Shown here: piece after piece, positions 13,401 through 26,778 of the stretch | Position numbering within the stretch: position 1 is the stretch's first letter | How the letters are laid out: each line of letters starts with the position of its first letter | Assembly (NCBI RefSeq): GCF_018350175.1 | Contig: NC_058368.1 | Location: 184,080,001-184,144,000, forward strand | Direction of reading: 5' to 3' | Length of the DNA: 64,000 bases | From: Felis catus | Lineage: Eukaryota | Translations under genes and position numbers: made by a program | Notes under the pieces: generated by a model | Databases searched by the model: none | The model's input: only the letters and a program-made list of their open reading frames with translations | Told to the model about the DNA's origin: nothing

Positions 13401-14672
13401 TTGCTAGTAGACATGACTACATAAAAAGCATATCATTTTGCCAGCAGCACTTGAAACTGTGACATATTCAAATCTCACCATGGAGCTGCAGGGCTCACAG
13501 TTCAGTCTGTATAGGACATAGCAAGAGCTAATTGTTTATGTAATCATCACTTTGAACTTCTACATAACATTGTTTTTAATCAAAATTTTTCCCAACTTTA
13601 CTGAAAATTGAACTCTTACAACTAGTTAAGTGTTTAAAATTTCTTACAACAAAATCACCTGTGATTTCAGAAGCTGAATTTTTAAACCTGTCCCTAATCT
13701 ATCAGCACTCAGATCCCTGCCAGATTCTAAACTGGATTTTCTGGAAATTTTATTGTAAGTGTTTTGGGGTTTTATTAAAATAAATTACATGTCTTTGTGT
13801 ATTTGCATTTATTTTTCCTACCTGAGGGTATATTTTAACAAGGATTTTGCTATAATTACAAATTTATTTTGAAAAACTGAACATTTAAAATGAGAAACAC
13901 CAGAAACACCAATACAAGTAGTTATTATTGAAATGTGACTATGTCAACATATGATTTCAAATTTATTCTTTTTAGTTCATTTTTAACTGAATAAATATTA
14001 AAGAAGAAAAAGAACTGTAGTTTTGAAACTTTTCATTAGTTAAAAAAAAATGGAAGAAAGAAACTGTGTAAATATTTAGCAAGGAATGATCAAAAGCCCC
14101 TGTCAAAACTGACTAATAAGTTGCCCTCTTTTTATGCTTCAAGTTCTCTGACAGCTTCTTCTGCCTTTCTCTCTTTTTTTTTTTTTGATGACTCCCATTC
14201 TTCTGTCTGTTCCTGACATTTTTTCTCTTCCAGAATTATGGTATCAGCCATTTTTTTCTACCAACCCTATTTGATTACATCTTTCCAATAGTTCCAATTA
14301 ATCTTAGAAATTCTTAAATATTTCCACATTTTTATCTCTAGCCATTTTTTTTTTTCTTTTTAGCTATGGTCCCTGTTTTGGTATAAGAACATTAGAAAAA
14401 TTCCCTCTAGGGATCAAACTCCCTTTCCCTGTACCCTCCCACTCCTCACTCAGGTAAATAGTCCTTTGAATGAGACTTGTTTATTTTGGTTAATGTACTC
14501 CATTCCAAAGCAGCTGGAGTCTGACTAATGTACATTTTTATAGGTTATAAGTCTAACACTACATTTAAAATATGAGAATGTGACTTTTTTTTTTGCTTTA
14601 GATTATAAAGAGATGAGTTTTCTATTTGTGTCTAGGAAGCCTGGCCTCTCTTAATAAAAGACTATGCCCAGT

Positions 14673-14714
14673 GTCTTCATAAAATAGTCTTCATAAAATA
14701 GTCTTCATAAAATA
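14673..14714. repeat. Perfect 14-bp tandem repeat x3 (GTCTTCATAAAATA)
   Basis: Direct reading. Confidence 0.95.
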
Positions 14715-15129
14715 GAGACAATAGTCCTCTATTCATGGAAATTGGTGAATATACAGGAAATATACCCACCATGATGCTAGAGTTGTGCCTGATGTGACTC
14801 AGGGACAGAAAGTCTGCTTATCTCCTGACCAGAAGAAAGAAGAACGTAATAGCACCTGGCCACCCTTCTACCTCCCACCGTCAGTGTATTTTGTTCTGCT
14901 ATGGGTTTGAGCCATTCTGTTTCACATGGTAACTGTAACCCTTTAATCCTTATGAAGGAAAGGCAAAGGCATTAAAGCTTGTTTGTGTTTGACCCATCCC
15001 CCAAAGGTCTCCTTTATGCATGTAAAAGCCCATTTATTCAGAAGCAAAAAAAGAACTTGCCTCCAGTTCCACTCTTAAAACTAGAAACTTAGCCCTTCAT
15101 AAGACCAGTATCATCTCACATGGTCACAT

Positions 15130-15420
15130 CTATCACATAGATGTTCATCTACAGGTTCTGCAAACACCAAACCTTAGCTCTGGCAAACTGAGCTTATCTC
15201 ACAATCACAAGCCTTTCCCTTCTCTATTCATGATTGCTGGCATCAATACCACTTTATCCCATTTATAAACCTTGAAGATAGCTTTGGCTTTTTTGCCTCT
15301 TTCACCTTTCACAGCTGATCAGTCAGCAGTCCAGGGAATATCTTGAACCCATTCCCACTGTCCATGTCTTACTTCAGGTACTCATCATCTCTTACTACTC
15401 TGAATGGTCTTCTAACTTTC
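15130..15420 (+). mobile_element. L2 LINE fragment
   Basis: AAACTGAGCTTATC...GGCATCAATACCAC...AAACCTTGAAG pyrimidine-rich L2-like tract. Confidence 0.5.
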
Positions 15421-15432
15421 TCTACATCTTCC

Positions 15433-15620
15433 CAGTGGTTCTCTGAGTACAGAGTCCCAGTCAGCAGCATTAGAAAGAGCTGGGGACTTGGAAGAAATGC
15501 AAATTCTTGGGCCCACATCAGACGTCCTGAATCAGAAACTCTGGGAGATGTGAGCCAGCCATCTTTATTTCAACAAGCAATCAGAGGATTCTGGTGTGTA
15601 TTCAAATTTGAGAATCACTG
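15433..15620. mobile_element. MER5A-like hAT-Charlie MITE
   Basis: TIRs CAGTGGTTCTC / GAGAATCACTG; internal AGAAATGCAAATTCTTGGGCCCAC...CTGAATCAGAAACTCTGGG. Confidence 0.9.
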
Positions 15621-16419
15621 GTATAGAGTTAACTTTGAAAAACATAAATAATATCTTATATAAATTGTTTGGTCAAAATACTCAGTGACATACACAGACT
15701 CCAAATCACATCAGATAGTAGCATTTCATCATTGTCTTCCTTGATTTCCCCATTATCTCCTACACTCCAGCCACACAAATTTCCTTATCGCCATTTTATA
15801 AGAAACCTGAGATTTATGAAAATATGTAGCTTGCCCCAGCATAAATAACTAGCAAATGACAGACACATCCAATTCTGTTATCACTAAACAATAGTAATTA
15901 TTTATGCACTGGTTTGCTTATTTGCTTGTTTTCTACAGGGAGTAGATGAGTGAATGGAGAAATGAACATAAGAATTATTGGCTTAAGCATCAAAATTTAG
16001 CACAAAATAATTAAAGAGCATTCTACTAAAGTTTTCAAAATAATATCTTTGAAGGAAGAAAAAATATAGGCCAGGTCACAATAATTAAGTCTACTTGATT
16101 AAATACAAGTTAGTATACATACAAAAGTGTTTATCAACACCAATATGAACAGAAATCTCTTACTAGAGACTCAGACCCTTTTCTCCAACCCTGTGCTACT
16201 GTATATGTTCAGGGGGATTTTGGATAAGGACATTGGCAGTAAAATGAACATATGTGCAGGTGATTAAATGCTAGAAGAGATATCCAATATGCAGGATGAG
16301 AGAATTTAAAAACAACAAAAAAAAAACCTGACAAGTTTTTTAAAATTCAATTATGCAAATAATAAGGAATTCAACAGGAATATATTCAGTCTGAAAAAAG
16401 CACGTGTATAAGTTTAGAA

Positions 16420-16630
16420 TGGATGAGAGTAGGAGCTTTGTTTTCAGGTCGATCTAGCTTTGAGTCCTATGTTCTATTTAACTTCTTACATGAATGATCT
16501 ACAGCATTTTATCTCATTTCTCTGGGTTCAACTTCCTTATTTGTATAATAAGAAAATTGCTGTAACTCCCTCTTGGAATTAGTGTTGACTAAGAATTTGA
16601 AATTTTCAGCAAGTATGTAAGTAGTAGCTC
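16420..16630 (+). mobile_element. MIR SINE fragment
   Basis: TCTCTGGGTTCAACTTCCTTATTTGTATAAT, MIR core-like. Confidence 0.55.
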
Positions 16631-16787
16631 TTTTTACATATCACACAGACTTTGCTACCTGGGGAGAACAAACATATCACCTAAGTGTCACAAAATCATC
16701 TACAGATCTGAGTATTATATTATAGGAGATATTCATCTATAAGCACTAAAAAAAAAAAAGGAATGATGGGAAACTAAAAAAATCACT

Positions 16788-16935
16788 GGGATGCCTGGGT
16801 GGCTCAGTCGGTTAAGGGTCCCACTTTGGCTCAGGTCATGATCTCACAGTTCCTGAGTCCAACCCCTGCGTCAGGCTCTGTGCTGACAGCTCAGTCTGGA
16901 GCCTGCTTCAGATTCTCAGTCTCCCTCTGTCTCTG

Positions 16936-16968
<33 letters not shown>

Positions 16969-16995
16969 AATAAACATTAAAACAAATTTTTTTAA
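16788..16995 (+). mobile_element. Can-SINE
   Basis: GGGATGCCTGGGTGGCTCAGTCGGTTAAG head, long (CT)n, AAAAATAAAC tail. Confidence 0.95.
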
Positions 16996-17502
16996 GTCAT
17001 AAGGAAATGGTTGACTAGGAAGAGTAACTACCAAAGGATATAACTGAGTACTTCAAAATTTTAAGGCCTGCCTTATAAGAACCTTCAATACAGAATTTGG
17101 AATAATTAGAACTTATAAGGAAATAGATTTCTACTCAATACAAGGGAGAAGGTATTAACCATTAGGGATGTCCAGGAGAATTTCAGAAATGATTTAAGCT
17201 CCATGACTTAATAATGACTAATTAACTGTGATTTGCATCATTCATTAATTGTATCTTGGTAGTGTGAAAGGAATGGAAATATTGCCACTTGTCCCTTCAT
17301 TACTAACTTTTGAGTGAATCGTTAAAGCATCATTATAAACCCTCTTCTCCTTATGTTAAATTTATTTTTTATGCTCTCCATTAGCACTACCGAGATCCTT
17401 TTAATTGGAGGCATCTGATCTAATTTGGTTATGAATGGATCCCTTTGTTTCTCTCTTTCTTTGCTCCAAAGCAAGAAGAGGATGCTATAATTTTCAAAGA
17501 GA

Positions 17503-17626
17503 AGGTAAAGCTATATATTATTGCCCATACTGGGTTACTTCTGAGAATGAAAAGGGGCAATAATAAGACGCTGCTAGAACAACAGGAGTAAACCAGAACA
17601 TTCTGGGCAGGCCAAAATGTATGGGG
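17503..17626. mobile_element. MER94-like hAT-Blackjack MITE
   Basis: TGAGAATGAAAAGGGGC...ACAACAGGAGTAAACCAG...GGGCAGGCCAAAATGTATGG matches the recalled MER94 consensus. Confidence 0.7.
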
Positions 17627-18807
17627 AAAAAGTGTTTACAGAGAGAACAAAGATATAACAAACTTCCCCAAGAACTGGCCATAATAGACTCTGATATTTC
17701 AGAGGGATTTATTCTTCTCTAAATGCATCACTGTGATTCTTTGGATTTTCTTCTTTTGTTCTTTGATAATGGATCACTATATCAATGTGACAATAAGAGA
17801 TGACCCTTTAATTAGTTAGTAATGTCTCAATGTAAATAGAAACAGGCCAAAATATCAAGTAAGAAGAAAACATAAAATTATATTCCATTTTTTTCCATTT
17901 TCTTGTATTTCCTTTTTTTAAATTTATCTTTTTTTAAAGAAGTGGCTTACTAACTTAACATTTTATTTCTTCCTCTTGCTGTAAAACAAAATAAAACAAA
18001 ACAAGAAAACTTTCAGGAAGAAAAAATTTTCTGACTTTGTAATAGGTTTCCAATATGCCTTTGTGATTTCTGCACCTTTCTTTAACATAGTTTTGAGATG
18101 ACTGAAAGTTTGGAGAACTGTCATTATCTGAACACATTTGGACTGATAGGAGGCTAGAGACATAATTTGCTCAAATGATGGATTGCCAATGCTGAATAAT
18201 ATGGAAAATTCCAATGCCATAAATCATTCCAAATGTGCAAAACTGGGCAGAGAGCCAGGGAGATACAATGCATTAATGGGCTTGCCTGTCACTTCTGAAG
18301 ATATGAGTTCAAATCGTCATGCCTAGAACGAAGAAAGTTGAGCTAACAATTGACCCTTTAGGTGTTGAGTGGCAGACCTCAAAAGAATGTAGAGAAGGCA
18401 TAAGCTTTAATAAAAATTAAAATAAATAAATAGTGGGCTGTTTGGAAACTGCTTAAGTTTGAGGGGATAAAAGGGGTAAGAAAAAAAAGTGGCAAACTTA
18501 TGATTTCCCTTTTTCTAGCCAACATATAAACTATCAACCTTAGCCCAGTTAAAAATGGAACAATATTAGAAGAGGTACTCATATGCTTATGAATTATACT
18601 AGGAATGGATTTGAGGAATTTAAAGGCACATACGCAATTGCCATTTGCCACAGTTTTTATTTCATTTACTAGTATTATTTAAATCCATAAGGAATATCTA
18701 TTTAAAATCAGGAGTAGCTAAAGAAATACATTTTCTATGCAATTTAGGATAATTTATGATTTATCAGAATAAAATACTGTTCCAATTATTTATCCATAAA
18801 AAATGTA

Positions 18808-18885
18808 TTGGGTTGAACCATATGAAATTGCCAATAATTCACCATTTTAACTTCAGAGATGGTCATTTCATATGGTTCAACTCAG
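18808..18885. mobile_element. Mariner-derived ~80-bp MITE (MADE2-like)
   Basis: Inverted arms GTTGAACCATATGAAAT / ATTTCATATGGTTCAAC; TA dinucleotides on both flanks. Confidence 0.8.
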
Positions 18886-19182
18886 TAGATTTGTACCTAC
18901 AAGGATAAGAGGACATCTATATTGATCATTGTGTTATTCACATTAAATAAATTCCCTCAACTACTCTTCACTGCAGTATTGTACACAAATTTAGATTTGG
19001 AAATTTCAATTAACTTTCCTAGGTCATATAACTGAAGCATGGGATTAAGTGGTACCAAAAAAAGGCCCTTTTGATTGTTAAAGCAAGGTTACCATGTATG
19101 ATTACGAAGGCTGTTCACTGCAGAAGGGTAACAGCCAAGGAGGAAAGTGATGGGTTAAATTTAGCAAAATCGGAGCCCCAGA

Positions 19183-19460
19183 GTGGCAGATTGAATTTTC
19201 CAGAAAAGGCTGACCCAATATATAACCCATCCCACATTCACCTCTTATCATGTAATATTGACACTTCTCCACTGAAAGGTAGAGTATATTTTCTTTCTTT
19301 CTCTTTCAAAGTGGGTTGGACTTCATAATTGCCTTCAACAACAAAATGAAGCAGAAGTGACATTAGATGACTTCAAGATTAGGGCATCAAAGAAAGCAGG
19401 ACTTTACCCTACTGCTTCCTTTCTTACAGCAAGTATGTTGGAAGCCCTGAGCCAATGTGT
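19183..19460 (+). mobile_element. MaLR LTR fragment (MLT1-like)
   Basis: AACAAAATGAAGCAGAAGTGACATTAGATGACTTC is a typical MLT1 motif. Confidence 0.7.
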
Positions 19461-21259
19461 TTTAGTTATTATATTTAGTTTTGTTTACCAAGGCAGATAG
19501 CAGTTCCTTGGTATATTGCACCTTTTATCTGTGGAGAACAAGAGTTTGGGGGTGCTGATGGTGGGAGTCAATCTGGGATATGGTAAAAAGTGATCTTTTT
19601 GAGAGATGTTTATATGTGAAAAAGTAAATGCAGTTTGAAACTCAATGGAATATTGAGCATTCCTGAGATAAAATAAAAACAAAGCACAGGTTCAGTGATT
19701 AAAACTCTTTTTGTCACTAGAAACAACCTATGTTTATACAAAATATTGATATAACACTCATACCACTTTCCTAAGTGATAACATTGATAAAAGATATGAT
19801 GAACTCAAAAATGTCTTTGGCAAATACAGTCGATACTCCCCAAAGGGCTCTACATAAATTAAACATGTAGGCAAGCATAGCACGAGGTAAAATGTGTAGG
19901 GATTTTATCAGTCATCCACCTCCATGACTTATATTAAGCTCTAGGTACAGTGACCAATGAATATTTTCATGGCTGTTATAGATCCATGAGAGTGTTTAAG
20001 ATCCAAAGTTATATTCTATTCCAGAAAAATAGACTTTTAACCCCATTACTTTATCAAGTTAGGCTGTACACTTTTATAATGTCTTATATCATTGTTATAG
20101 AACAGTAGCTACTTTTTATTTAAAGAAAGATCTGTAGGTCCATTACTTTTATTCTTTTACACTTAAAATTATTTAAATACACTTTCTCCTCTCTTTTATT
20201 GGCCAACATTTAACCGCCTTGCCAATCTCATTTTCACATGAGATGATTCAGAGCTATCCAAACCCATTCTCTGTTCAGATGACTTGCAAATCAGATTAAT
20301 TTGCTTGTGTTACAGATTTAGGAGATAAGATTGTTGCCTCTGGGGCTTTAGCAGTAAAGATGCCTCTAATGTTTACTATTTTTTGTTTCTGGCTTGACAG
20401 TATATCTCCACAGAAATGTCTTTTGGCAGATGAGTTTTCTAAGGCAAGGATCTACTCAGGAGGCAGGGAAATTCAGTAAAACCATTTTAGGAAATCAGAG
20501 AAAACATTTAAGGCTAAGGCTTCAATTTTAATTTAAGGGACTTACATTAGACATTCAGACATACTTGAAAAGAAGCCTAGAAAAAGTTTTAAGTCTTATT
20601 GTTAATTTTTAAATTTTATATTCAGTAGGTGCTCCTGTTTATAATAATTAAAAATGATTTAGAGCAGGGGCATACACAGAATGACCCTTCTGAATTTATA
20701 AGTCCAGTTGCCAGGTATTTCCAGTGCTATTTGTTCCAATGAGCCAAAGTACAAGAAATGAGTATTTTCCCATAATTTTATGCCAATTCAAATACATATT
20801 CTCAGACAAGAACAAGGGGAGTAACACTTTGTCATGTATGAATACACAGGCCAGTTAACTAATGGTGTAACTGCAAGGTGTGAATAAATTGGGGAATGTA
20901 TATCTCTCTCTCCTCAGTCTCAGTTCCTAAGTGCAGTAACCTGATATAAGGCTTCTTTAAAATATGAAAACAACTTTATATTTATGTAAACCAACGACTC
21001 AAGCCTGGATGTCTAGTACTTGACTAGAGGACTAGCCACCTATCCCAAGAGCTGGAGTGAGAACTTTGTTTTGGACTTGCTAGGGAGCAGAGTGCCTGTC
21101 CTCAACAGTATGCCATGTAAAGCATTTCTCAACAGTAATTTTAGATTAAACCCCCAGGGAATTTGCACCCTCAGAATGAGCTGAGATTAAAACTTGCAGA
21201 TTAAGTAAATGAAGTAGAAGTAACAATAGGGACTCACGCAGTTCTTAAGAAGGACTATG

Positions 21260-21420
21260 CTACGTAATGTGTTAGGCACACAGTATCCTCTTTCACGGTC
21301 TCACTGATCTTGAAGGCTACAGATTATTATTTCCATCTAAAAGATGAGGAAACTGAGACTCAGAGAACTTAAGGAAAATTCCCCAGTAGTAAACTAGAAT
21401 TCTATCGATGATCTGGTTTG
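21260..21420 (-). mobile_element. MIR SINE fragment
   Basis: AGATGAGGAAACTGAGACTCAGAGA, the reverse-complement MIR core. Confidence 0.8.
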
Positions 21421-22589
21421 AAGGACCTCACATTTCTAGCCATGCAAGGCTATTATAATTCTCTTATTATAACTACTATAATTATGACCCTCTGGATATT
21501 GTCTGTGTTCTGTATATTTTTCTTGCTTCACTGAGCAGATTACACAGTTTATTACAATTGTTATCATAGATTTGTTTTGACTCATCACAACAGCCTGGAA
21601 GAATAGACATCTGCTTGCTACTGTATTTTATAATTGCTGTTAAAACAGGACTTTGACACTAAAGAAAATGATAATCCAAGACCCTCAAACTCATTGTAAG
21701 ACAGACAAATATTTCTGAAATGAGAACAAGAGGTTTTATATTCCAGGCCACTTTTTGTACTGAAGCCAGAATCAAGAGATAATTATTTTTATATTGCTTA
21801 AATAGGTTTATGTTGGCATAAATAACCATATTTGCCATAACTTGCCATACATACTTAGTTCTTCCCTACTGAAGTCCTCATTCAGTACAATGATGCCAGT
21901 TATGTTCCCAGCAGCAGGCCACACAGACTCAATCTGTACTCAAGACCGTTTGTTCAAATGACAGCTAAACACATTTTAAGGTCTTGCAACTTAATTCATT
22001 AATGCCACGGCTTTGTGCAACCTTTAGTCAGGGTCATAGAATTCTTTATGGCCCTTTAGCTTTAGATATAGTGGCAAGCTACTCTGTCTGGTAAGAAAAT
22101 GCCCTTGATCCTACAGGATATAAATCTGATGTCATGCTGCTCTTAAGAATGAACCTTTCTCTGGTTTCACTCAAGACTCTCATGGCATTAACCTAAATCA
22201 CCCCCAGTTTCACCAAACCATGCTCTCTCACCTCTGTCAGTTAAATGCCTTCTGCTTTCAAGCGTTATCCTTTTCCTTAAATGACAGAAAACCTGTTTTA
22301 CCCCATTACCATCTTGCTTTATTTTATTATTTTATATTAGCTCTCCAATATCTCAAATAGATGAACTTCCTTGGCTCTATTGATTTCTGCTTCTATTGAT
22401 TTCTCTGTGGCACGTATTTATTGCCTATTTACCCCTTCACCTGCTGCACTTTGCCTTCCTGCCTTTCAGTTGGCGGAAACTGCCCTATTGAAAGTCATCT
22501 GAGACTTGCTAATGCCTGAATTCAACAATTTTTCTCAGGGACCCTCCTCTCATATATTTTTTTTTTAACTCTTCTAAGCCACCTTAACA

Positions 22590-22790
22590 GTTACAGCTAA
22601 CATTTGTTGAGCTCTTGCTATGAGGCACTTGTAAGATCTTTTTACTGAAGCCTCCTAGAAAGCTAGAGGTGGATATTCTGACTAATATCCATTTGCAGAT
22701 GAGAAACTAAGGCTCACACAGATTAAAAAAAAATAATGCAGCTGCATTTTAAATAAAAGAAGGCTAACTCCTTAGCCTATACTCTTCACT
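22590..22790 (-). mobile_element. MIR SINE fragment
   Basis: AGCTAACATTTGTTGAGC...CATTTGCAGATGAGAAACTAAGGCTCA. Confidence 0.75.
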
Positions 22791-24534
22791 TGATGGTCCC
22801 TTATATTGCCCTGCATTAATCTCTATCAGCATGATGACAGTCATGTTCTGCATTGCATTAGAAAATTTTCCTTAAGATACCTCATCTTCCCATCTGGATT
22901 GTAAATTCTCAGATTGTGGTGATTTTTTTAATCCCCCCAAATATGTGATTTGTCTAACTAGTGTTATATTTGTTATGTTAGATGGAGGTATTCTTTGTTC
23001 TTCCTCACATTTAACAGTATGCCACAATCAACACATTGAAAAGCTATAGGTATATTTCATTGACCCTCCGTCCTCTTGGGAATAAGGGCAAATTATATGA
23101 TAAATGAAGACAAGGAGATTGCAGAAATATCTAGGCATTAAGAATTGGAGGAGGGACATTTTTAATGGCTCGTGTACATTACAAGATTTGAATCTGTAAC
23201 AGGGTATGACTAGGAACTACTACCATCCCAGGAAAGAGATAAGTTTATCTTTCCTATTTCTTGATTAATGCAAGAAGAATTAAGTAATACTGTTTTTATC
23301 ACCACTGGATCCAGTTGTGGAGGAGAGGGGAAGGGGCGGCAGTGGGGAAACAGGAAAGAAACGATCAAGAGAACATGGGTCTGGCCACCACTCTGGTCTA
23401 TCTGTGAAGTAAAACTATTGGATTTTAAGGATTTTAAAGACCAATCCTGCCCTCAAATCCTATAATCTGTGAAACAGAACAATTCAGAGAAAGAAAAAGG
23501 AGGAGAGACTGAGAGATTTCATCTAGGGGATCTTATTCTTTAAGTACTGTACCCCTTGGGCTTTGATAACCTTCATCTGTTGCCTGGTTGCTAAAAAGAG
23601 TCCACCTTGAGGTGACAGTCCCCTATTTCACCTTCTCTCCAATTTAAATGGGAGAGAGAGGGCTGTCAGCAGAAGGTTTGAAGATACCATACTTGCAAAC
23701 TTAACTCTCTCCTCCTCCTCCTCTATTAAACTTCTCTTTCCTAAAATTTATAAACACACAACTTTTCAGAAAGAAGATACACAAGCAATCTTTATGTGGA
23801 AAAGATGCACAGGATCATTCCAAAGAAAACTTCACAGGTACCATTTCTCACCCATCAGATCACCAAATTTGTATTCAGTTGACAACATATTCTGCTTTTG
23901 AGACTGTGGCAGAAAAGTCTTGCTCATGCTTTGATGGCAGGAACGCAAAACAGCACAGTACCCAAGGATCTCCCAAGAAGAATATGTAAATATTCAGCAT
24001 AATTGTATATGCTGATACCACTTGACTCCAGAATCCTCCTTCTTGGAAACCAACTCAAAGTTATACGGAAAAAAATTACAGAATGATGTATATATAGGAT
24101 TATCCACTGTGGCAGTATTAGTAATAGAAAAAGATAAGAATAAAACTTAATGTCCATCTAGAGGAAACTGGTTGAACAAACTATCCACAGAACAGAGTAT
24201 AGGAAACCACAAAAAAGAATAAGAAGGGCTATATTTATTAATATGGAATGATATCGGAGATATGTCATTAAGTAAAGAAAACACAATAAAGGACAGAATA
24301 CTAAGCATTACATGCTATTTTTGTGTCAGAAAGAAAATACAAATGTACATATTTTCTTATTTTTGCCAAAAGAAATAAAAATGATCAACCAAAAGCTAAA
24401 AATAATTATAAAAATAATAAGCTAGTAATAATTTTAAAAGGTTGCTAATAGACGGCATAGGTCACCTATCAGCAAATAAACATTCTCTTGTGCCAGAAAG
24501 GAAGTCTCTAAATAAAAGGAACCAGGACTGCTTA

Positions 24535-24535
<1 letters not shown>

Positions 24536-24574
<39 letters not shown>
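24536..24574. repeat. A39 homopolymer
   Basis: Direct reading. Confidence 0.95.
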
Positions 24575-24578
<4 letters not shown>

Positions 24579-24678
24579 TGATTCCAGTCTAGGGCACAGA
24601 ATGTAGAAGACGAAGGGGGGAAATCTTTACGTTACAGATAGTATTAGAGAAAATAAAACCTTTTATTATAGAAGAAAT

Positions 24679-24912
24679 GGGCGCCTGGGTGGCGCAGTCG
24701 GTTAAGCGTCCGACTTCAGCCAGGTCACGATCTCGCGGTCCGTGAGTTCGAGCCCTGCGTCAGGCTCTGGGCTGATGGCTCAGAACCTGGAGCCTGTTTC
24801 CGATTCTGTGTCTCCCTCTCTCTCTGCCCCTCCCCCATTCATGCTCTGTCTCTCTCTGTCCCAAAAAATAAATAAACGTTGAAAAAAAATTTTTTTTTAA
24901 AATAAAAAAAAA
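24679..24912 (+). mobile_element. Young full-length Can-SINE (SINEC_Fc-like)
   Basis: Near-consensus with most CpGs intact; TSD AGAAGAAATG. Confidence 0.98.
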
Positions 24913-25699
24913 AGAAGAAATGATACAAAGAGAAAACTCACTATTTTCAAACACTAATGAAATATTAGTACTATAAATGAAATAGTAGCACTAAAAGACT
25001 GATGGGAACTCGTCAATAAAAGAATCAGGCAACTGAACCAAAGATCAATCTTTGCATCACTAAAAGTGAGAGCACTAGACATTTATGCTTTCTGATGAAC
25101 AAATCGCTTTAAAGTTTATAACAATATAAAGTGGAAAAGGCAGTGATAAATGAAGAAAACAGAGGAAAATGTAGATAATTACTGAATCTGGAGGTCAGTA
25201 TACAGAGATTCATTATATTAATCCACCTCTCCTTCGGTTTGCATAAAAACTTCAAAATTATAAGTGTAAAACATAAAAGCTTCCCTTTAGAACCTCATTC
25301 CCCTCAGATCTAACAAGTTAAAAATCCTAGATAAAGTACCCGGTTTTCTAAAGAGGAGTCCTGGAGGGAATGACTTTCAATATGCTTTTCTTAGAAAAAT
25401 AATTCCTCTAATTCGATTTGATTGTAAATTTCCCCTTTTCAAGTAATTCCATGTACATTTGCACAATAAAGTTTCTGAGTGTTTCTGCAGTAAAATCTAT
25501 TAATTTAATCTTGTTTTACATAGGGTTTTCCGGAGATCACCAGCCATAACACCTTTGTTTTTGGTCTGGAGATACCTATTGTTCCACAGAAAGAACTACT
25601 TCTCTACACAAGCAAGAGGGTGTAATGGTAGGAATTTCAGATGCAAGTTACTAGTGGAGAGTGAATCAAAGTGGTGTTCTTCAATCATTCTCTAGTTCT

Positions 25700-25910
25700 T
25701 TTTTTTTTAAATGTTTATTCATTTTTGAGAGATAGAGACAGAGCATGAGTGGAGGAGGGGCAGAGAGAGAGGGAGACACAGAATCTGAAGCAGGCTCCAG
25801 GCTGTGAGCTGTCAGCACAGAGCCTCACACGGGGCACAAACCCATGGACCATGAGGTCATGACCTAAACTGAAGTTGGACGCTTAACCCACTGAGCCGTC
25901 CAATAGCCCC
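25700..25910 (-). mobile_element. Can-SINE
   Basis: Reverse-complement SINE; TSD AATCA(T/C)TCTCTAGTTCT. Confidence 0.95.
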
Positions 25911-25924
25911 AATCACTCTCTAGT

Positions 25925-26420
25925 TCTAAATTCTTCAGTGGATTCCCAACACTGTTTAAAACAAAGTCAGAACTTCTCAAGGAGGTACATGCAACCCTTC
26001 CTGGTGCAGCCCTATCTAATCTAATAGCTAAATGTTTCCCTTTCACCTCCTTGGGAGCCCTGGGCTGCAGGGGATGTGAAACATTTCAGTGTTTGTACTG
26101 TTTGCTCATGTGACCACGCCAGAGGGTCTCTGTACCTTCATGTCTGAAGTTCTCTTTGCCAGAACCACCCTTCTCTTCATTGCTTTAACCATGCTCAGTC
26201 TAAGCTCCAGTTCAGATATTACTTCCAGGAAGATGTCCTGAGGGAAGGTAAAGTTTCCTGACTTTCTCCAAGCATCTCTCCTACCTTAACTGTAGCCCCT
26301 ATCACCCTGTACTATGAATTTCTCTGCTTTGCCTTTCTTTCCCACTAGATATGATCTCCTTAAAGACAGTGTGTCTATATCTTACTTTCTATGTCACCGC
26401 ATAGTATGACATATTTGCTG
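25925..26420 (+). mobile_element. L2 LINE 3' end
   Basis: CAGTGGATTCCCAACAC...CCCACTAGATATGATCTCCTTAAAGACAG resemble L2 3' motifs. Confidence 0.65.
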
Positions 26421-26556
26421 AAAACTGTGTGGAAAAGAAAGAGGAAAAATGTAATATTGATAAGAATATGAACAGTTAGAAATTTATCATTCACAGCTCC
26501 TAGAACTAGAGATACTTCTGAGAGAAATACTGTAATTAAAAATTCACAGGGTATAA

Positions 26557-26718
26557 GGGTGTCTGTGTGGCTCAGTTGGTTGAGCATCCAACCCTTGACT
26601 TTGGCTCACTTCATGTTCTTGCAGTAGTGAGATCGAGCCTCAGGTCGGGCTCCATGCTCAACATGGACCCTACTTGGGATTCTTTCTCTCCCTTTCTCTC
26701 TGCTTTTCCCCTGCTCAT

Positions 26719-26750
<32 letters not shown>

Positions 26751-26778
26751 AAATAAATAAACATTAAAAGAAATCATT
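26557..26778 (+). mobile_element. Can-SINE (older)
   Basis: SINE head, CT tract and tail; TSD TTAAAAATTCACA(G/A)GGTA. Confidence 0.93.

Larger units (their letters stand above)
23760..25270 (+). mobile_element. Ancient L1 (L1ME/L1MC-like) 3' fragments, interrupted by a poly(A) run and a SINE
   Basis: CAGGTACCATTTCTCACCCATCAGAT, AATGTCCATC, AATGGCTGATTCCAG are L1 3'-region motifs. Confidence 0.7.

Noticed and set aside
15343..15651. 102-aa ORF
   Set aside because: Spans L2 and MER5A remnants; chance ORF
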